Counted from the first letter of the stretch, positions 1 through 8,023 are shown. The stretch: DNA of 35,895 bases from an uncultured Clostridia bacterium (GCA_944392435.1 CALXWQ010000001.1:1-35895); one strand, 5' to 3'. Notes: a model not told the origin generated them from the letters alone. Numbers and translations: made by a program.

Positions 1-128
1 TTTTGTGGTGATCTTTTATTTGTTACTCTTTTATTTCTTGAGTTATATCCATGTTGTAAAGCTGGTGCTGTAGATTTTGTTGTAGAACTTTTTCTTCCTT
101 TTCTTACTAATTGATTAATTGTTGGCAC
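1..128 (-). CDS. rpsL: 30S ribosomal protein S12, 5' part only (gene runs off the window start)
   Basis: Hand translation of the minus strand from GTG at 128-126 gives (M)[42 protein letters not shown], the conserved S12 N-terminus. A GAGGTG Shine-Dalgarno (137-142) lies 8 nt upstream. It is absent from the ORF track because it is truncated. Confidence 0.85.
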   Translation of the reverse strand, partial: MPTINQLVRKGRKSSTTKSTAPALQHGYNSRNKRVTNKRSPQ

Positions 129-152
129 TTAAATTTCACCTCTTTTCATATA

Positions 153-196
153 CAATAAAATTACCGTCAGTATAAGCATTTTATACTAACGGTAAT
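153..196 (-). terminator. Rho-independent terminator downstream of the DUF4160 gene
   Basis: Inverted repeat ATTACCGTCAGTATAA / TTATACTAACGGTAAT (160-175 / 181-196, one mismatch, 5-nt loop). On the minus strand it is followed by TTTTATTGT. Confidence 0.6.
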
Positions 197-270
197 ATTT
201 TATCACGTTTTGCCCTTCAAGTCAACATTTATTCGAACTTTTCTCATTATTAAGGCATTTATTTTTTTAT

Positions 271-576
271 TTAACAATAAAATTTTATTCCCTGATCCGG
301 AAAATGCTTTTTCCACTCCGCTATTATATAGAAATAATTATTAACTATAGTTTCCAGCAATTCTCCTAAATCTTTACTAGCAATTTTACTTTTGTTATTA
401 GCTAGAACACATCCTCCGCTTTTAGTCAACCAAACTTTAGTGGAATTCTGTATAGGTTTTCCTTTTGAAATATGTACGTGAATAGGTTCATAATTTTCGT
501 TTGACCAGAAATAAATCCTATATCCGCATAACTTCCAATATATTAGGCAATACGAATCCCTCCTTGCCTTGCCCAT
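271..576 (-). CDS. DUF4160-family small protein
   Basis: The GYRIYFWSNENYEPIHVHISKG...KVWL segment matches the DUF4160 signature (YRFYFxSNE..EPxHVHV) as I remember it. The start is uncertain: ATG 576 has no SD at normal distance and overlaps the upstream ORF by 34 nt. A strong AAGGAGGG lies inside the overlap with no in-frame start after it. Confidence 0.65.
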   Translation of the reverse strand: MGKARRDSYCLIYWKLCGYRIYFWSNENYEPIHVHISKGKPIQNSTKVWLTKSGGCVLANNKSKIASKDLGELLETIVNNYFYIIAEWKKHFPDQGIKFYC

Positions 577-818
577 CTATAAAATGATGGTAGCCCTCTT
601 TCTACTACTGTTCTAAATGTTTCTATTTCTTCATCTGCATAATTTCCATCTTTATATAGTATTCTACAGCTTGGTAATTCAAATCTTACACTATCAAATC
701 CATGTTCAGTTGTTCTTTCAAAATGTACATGTATAATCTCTTCTCCTTTATCATTTTTCATAATATGAGAAAAAACCACTTCTGTTTCATCAGCATATTT
801 ACAATAAGGATACATCAT
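543..818 (-). CDS. Hypothetical small protein (about 91 aa), translationally coupled to the upstream coiled-coil gene
   Basis: ORF-track ORF 543..827 starts at GTG only 1 nt after AGGAG. ATG at 818 lies 10 nt after that AGGAG (829-833), which overlaps the TAG stop of the 554-aa gene. I recognise no family. Confidence 0.5.
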   Translation of the reverse strand: MMYPYCKYADETEVVFSHIMKNDKGEEIIHVHFERTTEHGFDSVRFELPSCRILYKDGNYADEEIETFRTVVERGLPSFYRWARQGGIRIA

Positions 819-831
819 TTCAATCACACTC

Positions 832-2496
832 CTATCTACTCATTCCTTGTGTTTGATTGCTTTTGCTTTCTTGCATCTCTATTTTCTCTGAAATTTCAGT
901 AATTTCATTCTCAGATAATCCTTCTTCCCTTAGTTGTTGTAAGTATTCTGCTTTATTAGTTGCATTAATATCCTTTTCCTCAGTTTGCTCACCTCTTGTC
1001 ATGTACGCATTTACATAAGATGCTATCTCTGGATTACTATATTGATTAACTTTTATTCTACTTGAGAAAGCTTCTTTTTCGTCTAAATCTTTTGAAGGTA
1101 TTTCTTGTCCATTAACATCTTTAATACCATTATCGTGTACAGGTTGTTGTTCAGGACTTAGTAATGACTTAGTCTTTACTCTTTTAAACAAATCTTTAAT
1201 AGCTTTAGTAATTGCATTCTCATTTCTCTCAACTTTTGCCCCAATAAAATCTTCACTTCTTTTTGCCATTCTATTTTGTCTAAAATTGTTTATAATTCCT
1301 AAAGTTCTTTTTCCTTTTAAATTATAAGTAACATCTAAATTAGATTTACCATTTCCATCTAAGCTCTCAATATATTCACCTGCTCTGTTGGTTCCTGCAA
1401 CTTTATCATATTCTAATAGACAATTGTATAAATTAGCATCTATCATATTAGATATCTCAAAAGTGAACTCTTTACCTCTTTCGTCTTCTATCCTATCTAC
1501 TAATTCAGCTATGTTTTTCTTTTTTAATAGATTTTGATTTAATGTAAATTCTTGTTTATATTTTCTTATTTCATCTACTAACTCATATTTGTTTGACTCT
1601 CTATTGTATACAACCTTTAATTGTGACGTAATATTTATTGGTTGTTCAATTGGCTTTTCCACTGGTTTTGGTTTTTCAATCTTTTTAGCTTGCTCTTGAT
1701 CATTCCTTTTTTCTATGTCTGCATTAAATACAGATAATCTTTTAAGTTTAGCATTTACCTTATCTAATTGATTATGCTGTTCTCCTGATAAATATATACC
1801 ATTTACATCATTTTCGTCTATAGAATTTATTTTGTTTTCTAATTGTGATTTTTCTTGTTTTAATTTGTCTATTTCAACTATAGCTCTATCTATTTGTTGT
1901 TTTGTAAAGTTACCAGATTTTAAGATTGCTATTTGCTTATTTATATCATGCAATTCTGCTTGAAGATTTCCAAGCATATATTGTCCCATATAATCATTTT
2001 CGTCAGTTTTACTTTCAATTTCTTTTTCAAGTTCTTGCTTTCTAACTTCAAGTTTTGCTAACTCTTCAGCAATAATTTCCTTTTTTATTCCTACTAATTC
2101 TTCTCTTTCATTTTCTTTGTCGCTAATTTCTTTTATATTATTAATTTGTTCAGTTAATGTACTCACCTTAGTTTGTAATTCACCAACCAAATAAATAGAA
2201 TTATAATCTTCTGTATTTGATATTTTATCTTCTATTTCTTTTTCCAATTTGCTTTTTTCAGTTTCAAATTGTTTTAAAGAATCTTCTACAGTTTTATCAA
2301 ACTCTTCTTTTAATTTTTCAGGAGTATTAGCATTAGCTTTTGTAATTTCTTCTGTCTTTAAATATTGCTCTGTATAATCCATATTTTCATCTTCGATTTT
2401 AATCTCAGGTTCCTTATCAGCCTTTTCTTCAGCTATCTTAATTTTTTCAATCAATTCATTTAATTTTTTTACTACATCGTTATATTCCATATTCAT
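832..2496 (-). CDS. Coiled-coil protein with internal repeats and an unknown C-terminal domain
   Basis: 554-aa ORF. The N-terminal half is E/K/Q-rich heptad-like sequence with three copies of a (E/D)(D/N)(Y/D)xx(I/Q)Y(L/M)xG(E/N)(L/Q)(Q/H) module: EDYNSIYLVGELQ, NDYMGQYMLGNLQ, NDVNGIYLSGEQH. I do not recognise the C-terminal half. Confidence 0.75.
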   Translation of the reverse strand: MNMEYNDVVKKLNELIEKIKIAEEKADKEPEIKIEDENMDYTEQYLKTEEITKANANTPEKLKEEFDKTVEDSLKQFETEKSKLEKEIEDKISNTEDYNSIYLVGELQTKVSTLTEQINNIKEISDKENEREELVGIKKEIIAEELAKLEVRKQELEKEIESKTDENDYMGQYMLGNLQAELHDINKQIAILKSGNFTKQQIDRAIVEIDKLKQEKSQLENKINSIDENDVNGIYLSGEQHNQLDKVNAKLKRLSVFNADIEKRNDQEQAKKIEKPKPVEKPIEQPINITSQLKVVYNRESNKYELVDEIRKYKQEFTLNQNLLKKKNIAELVDRIEDERGKEFTFEISNMIDANLYNCLLEYDKVAGTNRAGEYIESLDGNGKSNLDVTYNLKGKRTLGIINNFRQNRMAKRSEDFIGAKVERNENAITKAIKDLFKRVKTKSLLSPEQQPVHDNGIKDVNGQEIPSKDLDEKEAFSSRIKVNQYSNPEIASYVNAYMTRGEQTEEKDINATNKAEYLQQLREEGLSENEITEISEKIEMQESKSNQTQGMSR

Positions 2497-2588
2497 TTGC
2501 CAACTTAATTATTGGCTTCCTCCCCTCACAAATTTATTACTAATTTAGTTTGTGATGTATTTCGTATCTTTAGTCAAACCTATATTTA

Positions 2589-2617
2589 ATTATACCACAA
2601 CATAGTATCAGTGTCAA
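2589..2617 (-). promoter_or_regulatory. Consensus sigma-A-type promoter of the accessory operon
   Basis: The minus strand reads TTGACA (2617-2612), a 17-nt spacer, then TATAAT (2594-2589), preceded by TGG (extended -10). Confidence 0.55.
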
Positions 2618-2726
2618 TTTTTTATGTACACTAACTGTTGTGTTTTTACATTTAAAGTTTAACAATAAATTTGAAATATTTCAACACTTTTCCCAAATGT
2701 CATAAAAATGTCATAATTTTGTAATA

Positions 2727-4304
2727 TTACTGTAATATTCCACTTAATTTATCTAATGCTCTATCTGCCAATTTTCCATATTTTAGTTTTTTATCTTTTA
2801 TTCTCTCAGGAAGTTCTGGTAATATTCCAAAATTCGCATTCATTGGTTGAAAGTTTTTGTTTTCGCTAGCAATATATTTTGATAAAGCACCTATCATTGT
2901 CTCTTTCGGAAATGTAATTTGTCGCATTAGGGACAGGCCTTTTCGCGACATATTTGTCGTTTTTATATTTGTCCTACTTTGCTCTTCTCTATTTAATCTT
3001 TCATACATTTCCACTGAATTTAATGCTGCAACTAATCCTGATGCTATTGATTCTACATATCCCTCTACACCAGTTATCTGTCCAGCGAAAAATATATTCC
3101 TATTTTTCTTTAGGTTATATGTTTCATCAAGTAATTCTGGTGAATTTATAAATGTATTTCTATGCATTACACCATATTTCGCAAAATCTGCATTTTGAAG
3201 TCCTGGTATTAAGCTAAATACTCTTTTTTGCTCTCCATATTTCAAATTTGTTTGAAAACCTACCATATTAAATAAATTTCCTTCACTATTGTCCTGTCTT
3301 AGCTGTACAATTGCATATGGTCTTTTACCTGTTCTAGGGTCTGTAAATCCAACTGGTTTTAGTGGGCCATATCTCAATGTGTCTATTCCTCTTTTTGCCA
3401 TTACTTCTATAGGCATACAACCTTCAAAAATCTCTCTTTTTTCAAAATTATGTAGTTCTACCACTTCTGCTTTTACAAGTTCATTCCAAAATTTCTCATA
3501 CTCTTCTTTATTCATTGGAAGATTTATATAGTTATTTTCATTACTATTTTTTATTCTTTCTTGCCACGTTTCTACATCTTCATCTTTACCTCTTTCTTGG
3601 CTATATCTATCTCCCCAAAAAGCAATACTCATATCTATGCTTTCTTTTTCTATTATAGGGGCTGCAGCATCATAGAAATGTAATCCCTCATCTCCTGTAA
3701 GCTTTACTATCTCCCAAGATAATGCATCTGAAGTTAGTGGACCTGTAGCAATAATTACTATTCCATCTTTTGAAAGTTGTTCTAATGAAATTACATCTTT
3801 TTGCTCAACACCGCATTCTATATTATTCTCTTTCGTTGATTTACTGTTTTCCATTTCTGTTGGCATAGACTTTATTTCATCATTATTATCTTTACTTTCC
3901 AAAAAATTTGTTTCTGTGTTTCTATCTCCACTTTTGCCTACTTCTTTCCTTATGATTTCCACATTTTCTAAACTTTCTAACTTTTTGGTTATCTCTTGTG
4001 AAAATCTTTCTCTATCTACAGCCAACGCTTGTCCTGCTGGAACAGCTACTTCATCCGCTGTTTTTATTAAAAGTGAATCCAACATGCGTAATTCTTCTTT
4101 TAACAATCCGCATGCATTTGTATGTAAATTTGATTTAAATGAATTGCTACATACAATTTCTGCTAAATTTGTATTACTATGTGCTGGTGAAAATTTATCT
4201 GGTTTCATTTCATAAAGCTTTACCTTTATTTCTCTTTTTGCAATTTGATATGCCGCTTCTGAGCCAGCTAATCCGCCACCTATTACTGTTATATATTCTT
4301 TCAT
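2727..4304 (-). CDS. trmFO: Methylenetetrahydrofolate--tRNA-(uracil54-C5)-methyltransferase TrmFO (Gid), with low-complexity insertions
   Basis: MKEYITVIGGGLAGSEAAYQIA (FAD dinucleotide fold), ...IATGPLTS..., FFAGQITGVEGYVESIASG, NFQPMNANFG. Start moved to ATG 4304 (GGAGG 4 nt upstream); the track's TTG 4322 contains that SD. Confidence 0.92.
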   Translation of the reverse strand: MKEYITVIGGGLAGSEAAYQIAKREIKVKLYEMKPDKFSPAHSNTNLAEIVCSNSFKSNLHTNACGLLKEELRMLDSLLIKTADEVAVPAGQALAVDRERFSQEITKKLESLENVEIIRKEVGKSGDRNTETNFLESKDNNDEIKSMPTEMENSKSTKENNIECGVEQKDVISLEQLSKDGIVIIATGPLTSDALSWEIVKLTGDEGLHFYDAAAPIIEKESIDMSIAFWGDRYSQERGKDEDVETWQERIKNSNENNYINLPMNKEEYEKFWNELVKAEVVELHNFEKREIFEGCMPIEVMAKRGIDTLRYGPLKPVGFTDPRTGKRPYAIVQLRQDNSEGNLFNMVGFQTNLKYGEQKRVFSLIPGLQNADFAKYGVMHRNTFINSPELLDETYNLKKNRNIFFAGQITGVEGYVESIASGLVAALNSVEMYERLNREEQSRTNIKTTNMSRKGLSLMRQITFPKETMIGALSKYIASENKNFQPMNANFGILPELPERIKDKKLKYGKLADRALDKLSGILQ

Positions 4305-4358
4305 ACTTCCTCCATTTTTCAAATCCTGCCTACAACTATTTACACAGCTATCGTTTTT

Positions 4359-4563
4359 AGTCTAGCAATGTATGTTTATAAATTCTCATTTGAGTGCTTA
4401 AGGTGGGGACCGACAAGTTACAGTCTGTAGAAAAAATACTCATGAATAAAAAACTTGTTTTTTATTCATGGTAGAAAGTATGCATATCTCTTGTGTTCTT
4501 TCTTACAGACTGTACGCAGCTTGGGGCCGAAAATGAGAATTTATAAACATACATTGCTAGACT
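4359..4563 (+). repeat. Family A nested-palindrome repeat, copy A1 (full length)
   Basis: Perfect 33-bp terminal inverted repeats AGTCTAGCAATGTATGTTTATAAATTCTCATTT (4359-4391 / 4531-4563). Left core TGAGTGCTTAAGGTGGGGACCGACAAG. Inner stem TACAGTCTGTA / TACAGACTGTA (4419-4429 / 4504-4514). Central 14-bp palindrome CATGAATAAAAAAC/GTTTTTTATTCATG (4441-4470). Right core GTACGCAGCTTGGGGCCGAAAA. Confidence 0.85.
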
Positions 4564-4583
4564 TTTATGAATAACTGTAGTAG

Positions 4584-4603
4584 AACAACGCCAAAATGCA
4601 ATT
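4584..4603 (+). repeat. Family B right-end relic
   Basis: AACAACGCCAAAATGCAATT is identical at 19 of 20 positions to the right end of copy B1 (13305-13324). Confidence 0.6.
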
Positions 4604-4615
4604 CTATTGCAACGG

Positions 4616-7588
4616 TTACTCAAACAATGCCATAATATCTTCCTTAGTAAGTTTATTTATAAATGTTTGCTCTGTAGAAAGCATTGCCTTTGCAAGGTTT
4701 GCTTTCTTTTGTTGCAATTCATAAATTCTCTCTTCTATAGAGTCCTTTGTAATTAGTTTGTACACTTGAACATTCTTTTTCTGTCCTATTCTGTATGTTC
4801 TATCTGTAGCCTGATTTTCTGCTGACAAATTCCACCATGGATCATAATGTATTACCATGTCAGCTCCTATTAAGTTGAGGCCTGTTCCACCTGCTTTAAG
4901 TGATATCAAAAACACTTTTATGTCGTCATTGTTGTTAAACTCCTCAACAAGTTTTATTCTATCTCCTACTTTGGTTTGTCCTGTTAATTTGAAGTACTTT
5001 ATATCTTCCTTTTTTAAGCTATTTTCTATGATTTCTAGCATGCTAGAATAACCTGAGAATAACAATATTTTGTGTCCAGATGCTATAGCATCTTTTAATA
5101 CTTCTATACATTGGTTTAGCTTGCTACTCTCTCCTTTATAGTTTGATATAAATAGAGATGGATGGCAACAAATTTGTCTTAATCTCATTAATAGTGACAA
5201 TATTTTGATTTGGCTTTTTTCAAATCCATTTTTGTTTAGTTCTTCTTTCACTTCTTGTCTAGCATTCGCCATATATGATTTATATATCTTTAATTGCTCA
5301 TCTTGCATTTCATTGTTAAGCACACTTATTGTTTTGTCTGGTAATTCAGTCAAAACTTGTTTTTTAGTTCTCCTTAAAATAAATGGCTCTATTAACATTT
5401 TTAATTTTTCCATAATAAAACTATCATTTTCTTTTACTATAGGAACTTCATAAGAGTCTTTAAATTTTTTGTAGCTAAATAAATAGCCTGGCATTATGAA
5501 GTCAAATATAGACCATAATTCTGATAATGAATTTTCAATAGGTGTACCGGTTAGTGCATACCTTGTCTCTGACCTTATTTCTTTAATTGCCTTTGCATTT
5601 TGAGTACTATTGTTCTTTATGTATTGGGCTTCATCTGCAATTATATACTTAAACTCATAATTTGCTTCTTTGTAATCTTCTATATCTCTTTTTAGCAAAT
5701 CATATGATGTAATTACTAAGTTGTATTTTTTTATACTTTTTATTTGATCTTTTCTCTCTTCTGCAGTCCCATGAATAACTAGTGTTTTTATACTTGGAGC
5801 AAATTTATCTATTTCACTCTTCCAATTCAATGAAAGTGAACTTGGGCAAACTACAATACTTGGTTTTGGATTTTTATTTTCTTTCAAATATGATAAGATA
5901 ACCGCTAATAACTGAACTGTTTTACCAAGTCCCATATCATCTGCAAGAATTCCTCCAAATTTGTAATTGTCCAATACTTTTAGCCATTCAAAACCTATTT
6001 TTTGATAATTTCTCAAACTTGTTTGCAAGCCTGCTGGAAGTTTTATCTCTTCCTCAATTTCCTTTTTGGATACTTGATTTACTATTTTCTTATATTCTTC
6101 ATTCTTAGAAACAGTAGTGTTCACTTTGTTCAATATCCTGTCTAAATACATGCTTCTAGAGATTGGAAGCCTAATTTCTCCTTTTTTTATTTCGTCATAA
6201 GTGATTTCCTCATTTTCAAGCAATCCTGTTATAAAGTCCATAGTCTCATTTTGCTCTAAATCTAGGAAGCTTCCATCTTTTAATCTATGATATTTCTTTT
6301 TTAGAGTGTACTTTTGCATTATATTTCTTATTTCTTTTATATCAAAATCCATATCTTGCAAATCTACTCTAAGCAAATCATTTTCTAGCTTAACACCTAT
6401 TGACCCAATTTTCGGCTTTCTTATTTCTCTTTTCTTAAAATTGTCTGTAGCTAAAACTTCAAATTTTTGCATATATTTTTCAATTTCTTCAGATAAAAAA
6501 TTGTAAATTTTCTCTTCATCAACTAAAATTAGTCTGCTATTTTCCTTATCTAGCATAAACCCTGTATTTACAAACACGTCTAGATACTCATTTTCTTTAG
6601 CAATATCTCTTGCAATAGTTATCTTCTCCTCTTTTAAAGGATTAAACTCGTACTCTCCATACACAAATTTTATATCAGCAGTTATATAGTTGTTTTTATC
6701 ATAGTCTAAATAAATTTTAACAAACAAATCCTCTGGTATATATTTATTAATTAAACTATCATCTAGTTTTTGCAATGATATTTTGCCCTTTAATTTAGGA
6801 TAAATCAATGAACAAAAATTAGGTAAATCTTCTCTTTTAAATCTTATTACTTCTGCATAATTTTCTTTATATATATCTAAAAGCTTTAATGTAGTATTTT
6901 CAAAATCCTTATCACATCTGTATAAAGATTTTCCTGTAAGTAAGTATATATATGATTTTCCTTTGAATATGTCATATGGAAAAACTTTTTTATTTGGAGT
7001 AATTTTATAGTTTCCATCTCTTTCTTGCTCTATAATAAAGTTTATATCTGGATTACTATTTTCAAAAGAAATTTTCTGCTCTACTGTATCTCTTTTGAAA
7101 AGGACTTTCTTTCCTTGCAATACATCAAATAGTTCGTCTAATCCAGTATTTGAAATAGTTATAAACTCATTACTCATAGTTCTATTATATTTGCTATAAC
7201 TTCCCACAGTTTCATTTGCATATTTAATTATTTCTGCATATTTCAAAACAAAGTTTAGCAATGGAAGACACTCTTTTTTGAAAGTTTCCTCTGTATGAAC
7301 GAACTCTAATTTGGGTCCATATTTATATACTTCTTTATTTAACATTCTTTCAAAAAATTCTGGTAAACTTTTTATTTGATATAACTGATTATCTCCAATC
7401 TTAAACTCTGCTTTCAATGTTTTATTAAATGTATCATATATTAATTTTGGCTCTATATTTAAATTATTTATTTTACTTTTTTCTTTCTCCTCTTGCTCTT
7501 TTTCATTATGATAAAAAGTATGCACAATCTGTTTAAATATCTTATATTGTTCTTCATTCCTATTCATTTTTAAGATATCCCTTCTCAT
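4616..7588 (-). CDS. SNF2-family DEAD/DEAH-box helicase with a long N-terminal accessory region (YwqA-like)
   Basis: Helicase motifs ADDMGLGKT (I), IADEAQYIKN (II), LTGTPIENS (III), and C-terminal ...LKAGGTGLNL...QATDRTYRIGQ. The first 520 aa or so are non-catalytic. The alternative ATG at 7567 has a better-placed AAGGGA. Confidence 0.9.
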   Translation of the reverse strand: MRRDILKMNRNEEQYKIFKQIVHTFYHNEKEQEEKEKSKINNLNIEPKLIYDTFNKTLKAEFKIGDNQLYQIKSLPEFFERMLNKEVYKYGPKLEFVHTEETFKKECLPLLNFVLKYAEIIKYANETVGSYSKYNRTMSNEFITISNTGLDELFDVLQGKKVLFKRDTVEQKISFENSNPDINFIIEQERDGNYKITPNKKVFPYDIFKGKSYIYLLTGKSLYRCDKDFENTTLKLLDIYKENYAEVIRFKREDLPNFCSLIYPKLKGKISLQKLDDSLINKYIPEDLFVKIYLDYDKNNYITADIKFVYGEYEFNPLKEEKITIARDIAKENEYLDVFVNTGFMLDKENSRLILVDEEKIYNFLSEEIEKYMQKFEVLATDNFKKREIRKPKIGSIGVKLENDLLRVDLQDMDFDIKEIRNIMQKYTLKKKYHRLKDGSFLDLEQNETMDFITGLLENEEITYDEIKKGEIRLPISRSMYLDRILNKVNTTVSKNEEYKKIVNQVSKKEIEEEIKLPAGLQTSLRNYQKIGFEWLKVLDNYKFGGILADDMGLGKTVQLLAVILSYLKENKNPKPSIVVCPSSLSLNWKSEIDKFAPSIKTLVIHGTAEERKDQIKSIKKYNLVITSYDLLKRDIEDYKEANYEFKYIIADEAQYIKNNSTQNAKAIKEIRSETRYALTGTPIENSLSELWSIFDFIMPGYLFSYKKFKDSYEVPIVKENDSFIMEKLKMLIEPFILRRTKKQVLTELPDKTISVLNNEMQDEQLKIYKSYMANARQEVKEELNKNGFEKSQIKILSLLMRLRQICCHPSLFISNYKGESSKLNQCIEVLKDAIASGHKILLFSGYSSMLEIIENSLKKEDIKYFKLTGQTKVGDRIKLVEEFNNNDDIKVFLISLKAGGTGLNLIGADMVIHYDPWWNLSAENQATDRTYRIGQKKNVQVYKLITKDSIEERIYELQQKKANLAKAMLSTEQTFINKLTKEDIMALFE

Positions 7589-7698
7589 TTTTTCTAGTAA
7601 GGTATTATATCACATTTTACTGGCTTGTGCAAGAGAAGGGCTGGCAATTTTTCGAACAAAGGTAACTATTTAAGGCTTTTTGATTTTTGCTTTTTTTT

Positions 7699-7927
7699 AT
7701 CTAGGCAATGTGTATGTTTTAAATTTTGCTTGAGTGCTTAAGGTGGGGACAGACAATTTTACATTTCTGAGACGTGAGATATGTGATGTGTGTTGTGAGA
7801 ACTTAGAATAAAGTATTTCACATATCTCATTTCTCACCTCTCACTTCTCATTTCCCATAATACAGTTTGTACGCAGTTGAGGACCGAAAGCAAATATTTA
7901 CAACATACATATTCATATTTCCTAGAT
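7699..7927 (+). repeat. Family A repeat, copy A2 (full length, large variable insert)
   Basis: Left end ATCTAGGCAATGTGTATGTTTTAAATTTTGCTTGAGTGCTTAAGGTGGGGACAGACAA. Right end ACAGTTTGTACGCAGTTGAGGACCGAAAGCAAATATTTACAACATACAT...CCTAGAT (imperfect TIR). The variable centre has its own 12-bp stem TGAGATATGTGA/TCACATATCTCA (7775-7786 / 7818-7829) and a TCTCA(C/T) run. A possible degenerate extra copy lies at about 7621-7655 (GTGCAAGAGAAGGGCTGGCAATTTTT). Confidence 0.8.
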
Positions 7928-7986
7928 TTTATTCAAAATCTTTAAATAGTAGCAAACTATTAAATGTAATTTCATATAACTCTAGA

Positions 7987-8023
7987 AAATGTCGCAAAAA
8001 GGGCTGTCCCTTTTGCGACATTT
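7987..8023 (-). terminator. Rho-independent terminator of topA
   Basis: AAATGTCGCAAAAAGGG / CCCTTTTGCGACATTT stem (one bulge) overlapping the topA stop. On the minus strand it is followed by TTTTCTAG. Confidence 0.7.

Noticed and set aside
543-827. Treating ORFs 543-827 and 271-576 as one gene broken by a frameshift.
   Set aside because: The 34-nt overlap and the missing SD for ATG 576 are suspicious. However, I know of no fused homologue and cannot align across the junction, so I kept two CDSs with an uncertain start and flagged the issue in the findings.
2727-4322. The longest-ORF starts given in the track for trmFO (4322), murG (11850), ftsW (13166), the M15 peptidase (22962), tilS (31225) and the 94-aa ORF (827).
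   Set aside because: These upstream starts are TTG/GTG/ATG codons that overlap or abut the Shine-Dalgarno sequence. Internal ATGs at 4304, 11841, 13154, 22944, 31198 and 818 have normal SD spacing and give canonical N-termini.
4391-4530. Family A cores as a known riboswitch, tRNA-like element, group II intron fragment or T-box.
   Set aside because: I could not fit the cores to any consensus I know (c-di-GMP, c-di-AMP/ydaO, preQ1, T-box specifier/antiterminator, or intron domain V). Copies sit downstream as well as upstream of genes and have a hypervariable centre, which is unlike a ligand-binding aptamer. The identity stays open rather than assigned.
7759-7830. A 23-codon minus-strand ORF (MRYVKYFILSSHNTHHISHVSEM) inside the variable centre of repeat A2, preceded by GAGAGGTGAGAA.
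   Set aside because: It is present in only one copy of the element. The SD-like run is part of a TCTCA(C/T) repeat and lies only 4 nt from the ATG, and there is no supporting conservation, so it is probably fortuitous.
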